From assembly GCA_000708835.1 (NCBI GenBank), contig DF237447.1:1-64000 (forward strand): a stretch of DNA of 64,000 nucleotides, written 5' to 3'. A program made the translations under genes and the position numbers. This DNA is from Klebsormidium nitens (taxonomy: Eukaryota > Plantae > Klebsormidiophyceae). The notes below the pieces were generated by a model, which had not been told where the DNA came from, ran no database searches, and saw nothing but the letters and a program-made list of their open reading frames with translations. This document shows, piece by piece, positions 54,041 through 64,000 of this stretch (its first letter is position 1; each line of letters begins with the position of its first letter).

Positions 54041-56957
54041 CCTCCGATTCTACAGTAATATACAACGATGGGCAGAGCTTGAAAACCAACACCATCGTCT
54101 TCGTCGCCGGCTTCCGTTTTGAAATGATGCAGAAACCCCTTCTACCAATCGGAAAGAGGGTAGATATCCTGTCGAAAGGTTTGCTCAACCCGGGTAGTTC
54201 TCATTTGAAAAATGTCTTCGTGGCCTGCCAGCGTCAGGTGGAGGCCAAATAAAAGTCGATGCAGCCTTATGCTGAGTGGAGCCTCAAAAGAGGCTGAGCC
54301 CTCGAAAGAGGCCCGTTGACTTTTGACTGACGCTTGGCTGACTGCGTCTTCAAACCCGACTGGTCGTAACAGCTCTGACATTCAACAAACCCTGGGCAAG
54401 GTTCAGCCTTACTCAAGCAAAGTTGTTATCATTGCTGCTTAGCCATAGATGCAATCTTGCAAGCAAAGAACTCGAATCCAGCAAGGGTGAGGGTGAAGCA
54501 CGGATTGCACAATGGCATCGCTGTAAACAGTGAACGTAGATCTGCATACCCAGTACTTCTTCTCGTCCTGGAGCAATGAAACAAGGCGCTACAACTTGAC
54601 TTTCATTTGCAAGTGCAAATGAGCTTGAAGGCACAAAGGCACCATCAAAACTTCTGCTGAAGAAAGAGACCGTTTCGTAAGCGACTCGGACCAAATCGGA
54701 CACATACACAACGGTGTCGAGATCAGGCACGAGATACAAAGCTTTAGTGCGTCAAAGCAGTATGCTAATTCAGGGGACAGAGAGTTCAGATTCCAGTGTC
54801 TTTGCAGCCACCGTTGTGTTTGTGGCAGAATGACACACATGCAACACAGTCGCTTGATATGAAGCACGCACCTTTGTCAAACATCGAGTCGTGACGCCGA
54901 CATGCGAAACAGATCCGATGAAATCACTCGCCACCGAGGTCACTCATTAGTGGTTGCAATGGCCATCAGAAATGCGGATCGTTGGTCAGGCTTCATAAGA
55001 CCTGAGGATGAGCGCAAACATCTTCGCCGTTTTGGCTGTTCTCTTACTTTAGCAAGCCTTCTTGCAACAGAGCGGACATTTAGGCAGCAAGAGGAGAACA
55101 TTAAAAGCTCCAAACCAAGTGTCCGGTAAAAATAAGCTGAAAAGCTATGACGTGTGATTTTCCTTCTCAAAAAGTCTTCAATGCACAGTCCTCTTTTGGT
55201 CTTCGCCAGGAACATGAAGGAACAAGAAGCAGGGAATGTGAAGAATCTGGGCAAAGCACGATGAATTGAACATTGATAAGCTGGGAAGACGAAAGTTGCT
55301 TTAAGATTGCAGCTGGGATAGCCAGCAGAGGTTCAATCTTAGAAATGAAATAAGCAATGAAACCAGACAGGGGACCAGGCTCCTCTTACTTGTGATCACT
55401 TTCAACCTCGTAACGCTCTTCTCGGACAGTGTCCCATCAGAATCAACCACCAGGACCTCGTGTTGGTCTGGAAACCCAGGTTGGCTGCCCGATATGCTCT
55501 TGTCCATCAGCACTTTAGAAATCCTGCAGTATATGTAGAGAGCTTACTCTTTTTCCAGTCCACAGGTTCTCATTTGTTGGCCAGCCTTAAACCCCGTCCT
55601 TAAGAGCTGAACCGACTCTGGCAAGACCTTGCAAGCTGCCCGTTGCCATATGCTGCAGGTTTCAGAGAGCAATCGATTCAATCTAACAATCTAGTTTTAG
55701 TTGTGAGACCAAAATTCTAGCAACATCTGACTTCACCTGTGACCTTCCAACAAATCATTCTAGAAACGATCTGTGTTCCCTGCTGGGGAAGCTAAGTTCG
55801 GTGGCGGTCTCAAATCTGAGGAACTCCCTTTCGAAGCTAATCTGCTTGAAGATATTGCCTTTTCCAGCGCTTTATCTTTAGACCTATTTTCCTGTGGTGT
55901 GCCTTGAACGGACCCGAATCATGTCCAGCGATCCATTCTCCAACAGCCTCTGAATTCTTCTAACTACCAGTCGCACATTAGTGCGCCAGCCACAGAAGCA
56001 GCACTTTCTTTCCAATGTGCCTCAAGAGCAGTCACGTTTGTGTGCCCTACTCACCTTTCCACTGCAAAACAGAAAGTAAAGACCTGGGCTCTAATGACAC
56101 CTGAGGTTGACTTCATGCGAGACTAACGTTAGGCCCCGGCAGCCGCTTGACGCAAAAAGACAGATACACAGAGGAAGGTGGCATAAGCCCCTGACTTCGT
56201 TGTCCTCCAGATGTTTCCACCAAGCCTCGCAAAGGAGAGCTTTGGCAAGAGCGCAGTGCTCACCGTTTTGACGGCCTGAAGGCACTTCTCTTGTGTCGTC
56301 ATGATACATGGTACGCCTAGAACGCCATGCCATGTGCCCGCCTCGGTGGCTGCCATGCGCTAGCCAGCTGCGACTGCACCAAAGCAAGGCGGATGTCGCT
56401 TGATTGTCACAAATAGCCAGAATTCTTGACAATCAAAAAGTACAGCCTTCTCTCAGCTCCAAGGCCGCAGTCCTGACTGACTGTTTGTTGCTGTTGACGT
56501 TTGAGCTACAAATGAAAGGCTGATTGACAAAGTATGGGGTGACAGGTGACTATTGATAGGCTGTGGGGCTGCAAGCAGCGACTGAGACTGAATCTGTGCA
56601 GATTGTTGCTGAAAGGTGGAAAGAACAAAGCGAACAAAAAAAGAACAGAAGGCTATAGATGCAGAATGCACGAGCGCTGTGAACCAACTTTCTTGCCATC
56701 TGAAACCCCAGTGTCAGCATGGTGTGCTCGCCTCTTCATCCCAGATGTTGCTGCAGCCTGACTGAGACTTTGTGGCCGGCATTGCTCTCAGCACTCTGAG
56801 ACCTCCTGGGAATCTCTTCTGCCCCCTTTTAATTTTCTCCAAGCTGATTGAAGATGCAGCAATGGTCATCCCAGATGCATTGCTTGTTCTCATGGCTTTC
56901 AAAGAAGCAGTAGGAGCTGGGACTTACAAGGCTGCCAATGCATTGCTCCTTCCCCTT
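54041..56957 (-). CDS. Multi-exon protein-coding gene of unknown function (5' and 3' ends unresolved)
   Basis: Phase-compatible exon chain with AG acceptors and GT/GC donors: 56957-56928, 56843-56732 (GC donor), 56359-56264, 56061-56055, 55963-55914, 55759-55737, 55652-55548, 55484-55390, (probable extra exon ending 55152), 54741-54550, 54374-54343, 54141-54041. It reads open as RGRSNALAAFLEKIKRGQKRFPGGLRVL...GTWHGVLGVPCIMTTQEKCLQAVKTWKVRRIQRLLENGSLDMIRNDLLEGHSIWQRAACKVLPESVQLLRTGFKAG...HEVLVVDSDGTLSEKSVTRLKVIT...LYLVPDLDTVVYVSDLVRVAYETVSFF...EEVLELLRPVGFEDAKGFLHHFKTEAGDEDDGVGFQALPIVVYYCRIG. I do not recognise the family. A further candidate exon starts near 57257. Confidence 0.7.
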
Positions 56958-57378
56958 CTGCAGTATGCCCTCCCCAGCCTCGGCGGCGTCAGCACCCAAA
57001 GCATGATCAAACCGCATTCGCAGACTTGTGCTCCTAATGACCGTAGCATCTGCATAAATGTGCACCAATGCAGCTGCTACCAACACAATGCTGTTCAGCT
57101 GCTTCCGCCAGCTGTAAGAGTTTCTGGAAGCTTCTTTTGACCACCCCTTAGCTCCAAGGCACTCAGAACTGAGCAGACAGATGCAATTGGTTTCCTGGGC
57201 CGAGGAGAGCGGAAGGATAGCAACGAGTGTATCTCGATCATGCTGCCCTTAAAAGTGAAAAGAGCTGCAGCCTCAGCAGCTGCAGCTCTCCGATAGTCAC
57301 TAGCTGGCAGGCCCAGCCTGAGGGGGGTGCGGGGGGGCTGCTTTCCAAGTTTCGACAGCTGTGAGTTTTCTGTTTTGC

Positions 57379-57416
57379 TTTATATATTATAGAAAGAATA
57401 ATGGTGAAACCAAATC
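57379..57416 (+). promoter_or_regulatory. Plant-type Pol III upstream elements of the tRNA (TATA-like tract about -35 to -25, CAA near the start)
   Basis: TTTATATATTATA at ~57379-57391 and CCAAATC immediately upstream of G1; typical of plant nuclear tRNA genes. Confidence 0.6.
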
Positions 57417-57513
57417 GGGGATGTAGCTCAGATGGTAGAGCGCTCGCTTAGCACGAAGTCACCACGACGTCAGCACCTGCGAGAGGTATTGGGATCGATA
57501 CCCAACTTCTCCA
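57417..57513 (+). tRNA. trnA-AGC: tRNA-Ala(AGC) with a 24-nt intron at the canonical 37/38 position (57454-57477)
   Basis: Exons GGGGATGTAGCTCAGATGGTAGAGCGCTCGCTTAGCA and TGCGAGAGGTATTGGGATCGATACCCAACTTCTCCA fold into a cloverleaf. G3:U70 alanine identity pair, A73, anticodon stem CTCGC/GCGAG, T-stem TTGGG/CCCAA, A54-type T-loop ATCGATA, A and B boxes present. One U6:U67 mismatch. Confidence 0.93.
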
Positions 57514-57515
57514 CA

Positions 57516-57519
57516 TTTT
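57516..57519 (+). terminator. Pol III oligo-T terminator of tRNA-Ala
   Basis: TTTT begins 3 nt after A73. Confidence 0.6.
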
Positions 57520-60500
57520 GGCCCAGGAACCTTTTTCGCCCGGTTACTTCAACGATAAAACGGCGGGGCTGCCGCCCCCCCGCACCCCCCTTTATCCTTT
57601 AATGGGGCCCTGGCCCTGTAAAAGGAGTGCTGCTGTGCGGCCCCCGAAGTGGGTAAGAATCCGTGGTGGTTATGTCACTTATCTGAGTTCCGTTCCTTTC
57701 AGTGCATTGTCCAAAATTAAGCGTCTTTGGCAGGTTCGTGTGACAGGTGTGAGGCAGCCTTCATTGAACTCCATGTGGGCTTTCCCTTTCACCTTCGGCT
57801 ACTGCCGATTTGAGTTCGGATACCATGCTTTCTGTGGCGCCGGCCCCAAAGAAGCATCGATGAAGGACAAACCGGGCCCACTGTCAGCCAGAGCTTCATC
57901 GCCTGTGGACCCCGCATGCGTGACGTCAAGTTTGGTGGACTGCTAACAGCGATAATACCTCGTTGACATACATTTGCGAAACGTGCTTCATGCAATGTTT
58001 GTGTGTTTGTGTATGGGCGTGGAGGGCCCAATGATGTACAATCAATGCTTTCCTGTTGCCAAGGCCAATACTAAGGACAGCAGTCGTTCATACATGACTT
58101 TCTCCGATGGACCGTTCTACGTTGTGAGCCATCTATTGAGATATTAATTGATGCATTCCGAGCTCTGATTTGTTGGACGCCGCATCTTTTACGAGGTTCA
58201 TAAGATACAGAAATATGCTTGTATCTGGATCGAAGTGCCTTGCTTTCAAGTGGGCGCTGGTCAATCGTCCTTCCCCGTATTATATCCATTGGTTAGTGTG
58301 GCCCAGAAGCCAAGGAGATGACCCGGTTCCCAAGGCCAGACCCCGGTCGGCTCGATCGCATGAGTCTGCTTTTCAAGTTTGATCCTGCACTTGCAATCAG
58401 ATATGCGTAGTCCGTCTGCTGATCCGGCACAAAAATGAGGCCTTGCAAATGATTTTGTAATGAGCGTTCCGCAGTTCTAAGGATACTTTATAAGTTCTGA
58501 AATGAGAAGACCCTCTCGCAGAAAATTTTCTTGAGCCCGCCGCCCGATCGCCGAACCGAACCCACGACAGGCGGCCCGTCTATGCGACGGGCGTACTTCA
58601 TCCAGTCATCATTCGGTCATCCACGCGGCATCCACAAGTCATGCCTCAATCCTTCGAATCTTAGCGGAAAACCAAGACTTTAAAACAGGGTCGAGTACTA
58701 AGGCACGCAACGGACCTGGTCCTCAGGACGACGTATAGTAAAAATTCAGGCCGACGTGATTGACTTCGCACATATGCAAATGGGACTGTGGTATGACAAA
58801 GCTGAAGCGAATGACCCTGATCGAATCCGTAGCGCTCGGACGAGGTGCTATTCTACATCGTGAGCCTCAAGCCCTGCTAAAGGAGGGCCTGTTCGCTGAA
58901 AGAAGAATCTCGCACCCTCCCATCTAACTGCGCGCCGGGATCTTTAAATTTTTAACCAGAAGCTGTTAACAGCATCTAAGGCAGGCTCTAAGCGGCTTCA
59001 GCAGCTGCTAACGCAGAATTGACCAGCCCCGGGTTTGTGCCAGCAGCTTCCCGGAGGACTATGGGCCCTGCCTCATGAGTTCGACGGCTGCACAGACGAG
59101 AGAAACGCTTGAGGCCGACGAAAGAAAAAAGATGCTGTCTCGGGGCAGAGCAACGTCCGGGGCGGTATGCAGATCACCAAACGGTCTGCATACCGCGTTA
59201 CGGTGTGCAAATGACATCGCGGCTGCATGCGGCTCGACTTTACTGGTTGCTTCGAAGTCAGAAAGCCCGCGTCAAACGTGCTTCCAAAGAACAGTGACCC
59301 CTCATCTGTGTTCATTTGCCCCAGGCAGAATCTGCTTCGCTCACGGTGAAGTCTTCCCCATGCAAGTCAATGTGCTTTGCAGATTCCTCCGCTTTAATTT
59401 ATGGGAAAAAGTTATTAGCAGCTTCAACCGGTAACGAGCGGGATAAAGAAACCTTCTTTGACTGACATCTCAACAGATAAGGTGAACAATCTCTTACGTT
59501 TCGAAGTTTCAGTCACGAAGGCACTGAAAACTCGACATCACGCTTCGTACAGTTCCTTGAAATTTCCTGCAGATTTAAGCAAAGCTCCTCGAAAGTCAGG
59601 AAGCTAGAGCGTCAGGAAGAGCGGCCGCCATGGCAGGCTCAGTGAGCGGAAGGGATTTGTTGTATGCGGCCGGAGGCTGCCAGTACGAACCGTAAGTTTG
59701 GCACTGGTCGGCGGGGCTCCGACCACGATCGATCCGGGGCCCGGCGCACTCAGGTATGAGCGATCGGATGCGCGCGGCCGCCCCGCGGCCCTTACAATAT
59801 AAGGCTCCGCGAAGCACGGCTGCGCCGCCCCGGCAATCGGATCGGATATTTCATTGTACTGTTCTATACGGCTACCGGCTAGTGCGACGGAATCCTCGCG
59901 TCACGCATACGGAGTCGAAGCAACGGACTGGGATCGGACGCGCCGGGTGCAGTATAATTCAAAAATGCAGCGCTTCATGAAAGTGGGTGCATGTCAGTCA
60001 GTGCCGGATCGAATCATTGAGTGTCGGATTGAATCATTCAAAGCACTACTAGGCTATGCATGATGATGCAGAATACATCTGTACATAGCGCTTCTAGCCT
60101 GCAAAACTTTAAGATAGTAGAATACAATAAGAGTACAATACAAGTGGGCCGTGACGGTCCAATTGAAGCTCTATTGGAGACTCAATCCGATCGAGTCCGT
60201 TCCTCAATCAAGACTTTGAAATGAACAAACTTGCGCAGCTCAACCAATTCGTCCAACCTGGAACTTGCAAATGTACGTTGAATTGCTACATACTCCTAGC
60301 TTAACTCACTAAACGCGTGCGACAGCTGGTTTTTGGAAGTATTAAAGCGGGGGCCGGCTCCAATAGGCTGCCGCAACCCCCTTCCTCCGTTGGGAAAACC
60401 CAGAGGTCGGTGACTTGCAACGGGGCAGTCAGAGTCAATTCAGGGAAAGACATCGTACCTCACTTCGGTGGCGCAGTTGCCGGTCTGGTTTCTATCTTCG

Positions 60501-60572
60501 CAAGCAAGCCGGAGCAGTTTTCTGTGTTCAGGGAAGAACAAAAGCTCGGTCGTTTGTAAACGCTGGTCAGCG

Positions 60573-63500
60573 TCAACTAAAGCCATCGTATCCCACTGCC
60601 GCGAGTGTCAGCCCCTCAGGAGGTGCGGGCGGCGCAGTCGCCCGCCTGCTTTCTAAGGAGGCAAGACGCAGAAGTGCGTCTTCTGAAGAACCAGCAGCCG
60701 CTTCTCGAATGGCTGTCGCCACGACGACCCGGACCATCTGCGAGTAGGATAGAGTAAACGTCAGCAAAAGCTTGCATTCTAACGACGCTAGACACAGTAC
60801 TGCACTTTCTGCTGAGTCACCGGCGGCTTCTTGGATGGCTGTCGTCAAGATAAAGCAGACAATCTGCGAGAAGGACACGTAGACGTCAGCAAACGCCTGA
60901 ATCCTGACAAGGCACGACGTGGGAGTGCGTCATCTTACGACCCCGCGGCGGCTTCTCGAAAGGCTGTCGCAACGACGACCCGAACCATCTGCGAAAGGAG
61001 AGTGAACACGTCAGCAACGCCTGAAATCTGACAAGGCAAGACGTAGAAGAACGTCATCTGATGAGCTAGCGGCGGCCTCTCTGACGGCTGCCGCAACGAC
61101 AACGGGACCATCTGCGAGAGGGAATGGGACACGTCAGCAGCCTGTAATTCCGCCGTTTGCGGGTCTAGAGGGTCGTCGCAAGAAACAAACACGAAGCGCA
61201 GAGTAACCTGAGCCAGCAGCAATTTCCGCGTCGCCTCTGTCCGGTTTGCGGACACATTTTGGTACAAGATCGACATGTGTGGTTCTTACTCAAGCTTTGA
61301 AGGAGACACGAAAAGGCATGTTCAACCGACAAAAACTTCCGGCAGCCACTCCTCTGACTTCTGTGCGCAAGTCGGTTTGGACTCCATGCTCAGGTGGAAG
61401 CAGGTTTGGACCGGTCTGACATGAAATAAAGAACTCGGAAGCAATAGTAACATCGTAAAAGCAGGACCGAATGAAGAAAAGTGTCCTTCATCAACGTCGT
61501 GACCTCACCCTGTGGAGGAAGCGATTGCCGATGAGAGTGAACCGCAACGCGTGGTGCAGCGCGCGTGGACTGTGTGAGGGTGACGTCACAGTGACGACGT
61601 CGGCACGTGCCTTGTACAGGTGGCAGACCACGTGCTGGCCGCTGCAGAATTAGGAAGGCGCGCTCGATCAGAAGTCAGAAACAACCACCAAGATTGAGAG
61701 GTTATACTAGGATGCGGTGGTCCAAACCTCTGCTGACCAATGAACACAAATTAGCGAAGGGGAAATTCACAAAAGCACTTTGGGAGTGTTTGCTTGCGGT
61801 TGTGGAAAACCCAGTTAGGAACCTGTCGACGTGCTGTCCAAATGACGATCTTCGCCTCAAACTTTTGTAGTAAGTCGAGACAAAGCGGAACAAAGGGAAG
61901 TCTTGTCCAAAAACAAACATGAATTTCCATTTGCAGAAAACAAAGCATTGAAGGGAATGACGAAGCGCACGCATATGAATCGCACTCGCCGGAAAACATG
62001 CCCTCTTGGCGGCTGTCTCCAAGGAAAGAAACGATCGACGTTGGGTCAAGACGCAAGTGGGCAACCATTGCAGGAATACGATACCGCTCTTCTTCTCCTA
62101 CAATCGCCCAACTCAGATGAAGCTGACGCCGTCTTGCTACAAGGTCGTCTCGGCGCAAAGGCTGAAAGGCACAGTTGCAACAGCGCCGAAGCCGTCTGGC
62201 AAAAATAGTAACGGAGAGCGTCAACCGCAACCCTTTCTTGCCTGCTCCGTTCCGCATCCGCAGTAGCTTAGCCCCCAGAGCTTACGAGAACCCCCGCATC
62301 GCAAGGACTATGACCTGCTTCTATCTGCCCTCGTATCCCGCGCAAAGCTCCCATAGCTTATGCTCCGTCCCTCCAATCGCCGCATCATCCCGCCCAGTGC
62401 TTGCACACTAAACACCAACGGCGGGATCGTATTCACAGTGTCACGTGGTTGGTGCGGCGCCGCCGCTCCGGGGGGCTGCATCCTTATGCGGCCGTCAGCC
62501 TGGAGCTCCCCCCCCTTGAGCGGAAACAGGTACACGTAGTGGCGCCACTTGGCGGAGAACTGCGCGTGGAAGCTGCGGCTCACCTGTGAAAAGGAGCAGC
62601 GCAAGCGCTGACGTCAGCATGACGTCATGAGCGATGACGCCATCACGACGTCAAGCTCTTGCAAGTAGAGTACGTCCTGGAATTGTCTGGTCGCTGTGCG
62701 GGCTGAGGTCCATAAAAGAGTCTGATGTATCTCTTTACGTGAAAGAGAGCCAGACTTGATGAAACATTGAGAACTCAGACGATGCGGACTATCATCCAGC
62801 AAGGCCAGGGAGCAAAACAAAAGCGAAAACTTAAATGAGCAGCCTAGGGCTTGAGGAACAGAGACTCACATGTGGAAAAATTCTTACTCTCTGAGCAGAA
62901 TGCGATCACCCATTTTGAGATACTGACGTCAGCAATATACCTAAGCCGCTCTAAGTTTCCGTGCTCAGGCTGTTGCTCGAGAGATAGAGGCCACAATGGC
63001 AACTCAAAAGTCTCGAGGGAGACCCGGTGCGGAAACTAGAGCAACGGCAGTCAGTCCTGAAAGGATACGACATTGGCCGAGTACGCAAAAGGATTCGAGG
63101 AAGGTGAAAGGAGAAGGCGAGAAAGTGACAGGGAAGAACGAGGACGAAAGAACGGCGGCTTTGGTTCGAAATAACGAGACGCGCAATTAGCTTACCTGAG
63201 ACACGTCTACCGCCCGCAACCGCGCTGGCGCTTCGCGGCTGATGGCCTCCGCAATCACCTCACAGTTGACGTCTGGACAGCGGGTATCTGCATAGAAAGT
63301 GAAGAAAAGGAGTCTGTAATCAAAGTGCTGCCTGCCAAGAGACGTGTACGTAGAGTATCACATGACTTCTTGCTAACTCGCGTTGCTACCGGAGAAAAGA
63401 AAACAGGTGCAGCTTGTGGAGCTCTGTCTCAGTAACCTGGGGTCAGCGTCGAACGCGTTGCATCTGAGCCGGTTGTATCACATCCGGGCAAGCTGCAGGG

Positions 63501-64000
63501 TCGGACATTTGATTAAAATGACGTGAGAAGCTTTGTCTGAGCGGACCCGGATGTTCACATGCGCAGCATAGAATTGGGATGACAACCTGCTTCTCGTAAG
63601 GAGAGAAAGTGAACGAGCTTGTAAACACCAGACCGACTGATTTCTGAGTAGTAGTAAGCCGTTGATTGTAGATAGAGATTCACAAACGACAGGGCATTTC
63701 CAAAATGCATTCGACACAGCCGCACCACACAGCCATTGTGTCAACCTTTGTTCCAAGAACCAAAGTGCCAGCAAGTCATCCCGTTCAGAACCACAAAAGG
63801 TTTTGATTTGGCGAAAGCACCTCCAGGTGCTTATGGGGATGTGAGTAGTATTTTTCGATAGCTTGCTAAACAAGGGAAGCCATTGCTTGACCAGAAAAGC
63901 GGACACAGTTTGGGGAGCAGGAAAGAGCGTGGTGCAATCAAGTTTGGCGGGCCACTCTGTTCCGACATACAAACTCACACCAGGAGACCACCTGTCCGGC
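60573..64000 (-). CDS. truA: TruA-family tRNA pseudouridine synthase (3' five exons; gene continues beyond the window)
   Basis: Exons 64000-63979 (AGQVVSW), 63287-63196 (YTRCPDVNCEVIAEAISREAPARLRAVDVSQ), 62583-62315 (VSRSFHAQFSAKWRHYVYLFPL...RRLEGRSISYGSFARDTRA), 61641-61509 (GQHVVCHLYKARA...FTLIGNRFLHR), 60737-60573 (MVRVVVATAIREAAAG...RRATAPPAPPEGLTLAAVGYDGFS*). All phases are compatible. Motifs GQVV, FHA.FSA..R.Y.Y, GNRFL.RMVR and APP..L.L..V.Y are hallmarks of the TruA/Pus family. Confidence 0.93.
60650..61145 (-). repeat. Four tandem ~125-bp copies of branch point + 3' splice site + 5' part of the last truA exon
   Basis: CTGACG...TCGCAG|ATGGT/ATTGT units, with exon-start positions 60737, 60863, 60988, 61111 (periods 126, 125, 123). 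Confidence 0.9.

Larger units (their letters stand above)
57321..57591. repeat. Perfect 18-bp inverted repeat pair (57321-57338 and 57574-57591) bracketing the tRNA
   Basis: AGGGGGGTGCGGGGGGGC and GCCCCCCCGCACCCCCCT are exact reverse complements; no target-site duplication seen. Confidence 0.8.

Noticed and set aside
54035-54261. Plus-strand frame VIYNDGQSLKTNTIVFVAGFR resembling an FAD/NAD oxidoreductase segment
   Set aside because: No start or flanking exons, and it is antisense to a better supported exon (54141-54041) of the minus-strand gene.
58750-59640. Possible exons between the tRNA and truA (minus EESAKHIDLHGEDFT near 59345-59392; plus ADVIDFAHMQMGLW near 58770-58860)
   Set aside because: Splice signals are plausible, but adjoining frames contain stops and no full model could be built. 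They may be 5' exons of the minus-strand gene; RNA-seq is needed.
61751-62257. 168-aa ORF with LLQKFEAKIVIWTAR (FCP1/NIF phosphatase-like)
   Set aside because: Lies within a truA intron, lacks the DxDxT motif and has no supporting acceptor.
57417-64000. Functional linkage between the tRNA-Ala gene and the nearby tRNA pseudouridine synthase
   Set aside because: About 3 kb apart, transcribed by different polymerases, and no shared element seen; adjacency is probably chance.

Overview
Eukaryotic nuclear DNA of roughly balanced GC content, with short spliceosomal introns. The plant-type TruA gene and intron-containing tRNA-Ala point to a green-lineage organism, most likely a streptophyte alga (inference). 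Bases ~1-53450 contain no gene I can support. They form one long, degenerate, hierarchically duplicated non-coding array. Its recurring unit is a short inverted repeat (mostly TGGGC-N12-GCCCA, with a second class TGAGC-N3-GCTCA) followed 11-19 nt later by a conserved box (M)TCRTCMTKGCC. I read more than 50 such units, essentially all on the + strand. A 9-monomer ~97-bp tandem stretch at 43670-44485 shows a likely ancestral monomer, and multi-kb duplications recur at ~9-10 kb steps. Bases ~54000-64000 are genic. They hold an 11+ exon minus-strand gene of unknown product (7-nt and 23-nt microexons, one GC-AG intron), an intron-containing tRNA-Ala(AGC) flanked by 18-bp inverted repeats, and the 3' five exons of a TruA-family tRNA pseudouridine synthase whose last acceptor plus exon start is tandemly quadruplicated. 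All coordinates were read by eye; array and duplication boundaries are approximate.
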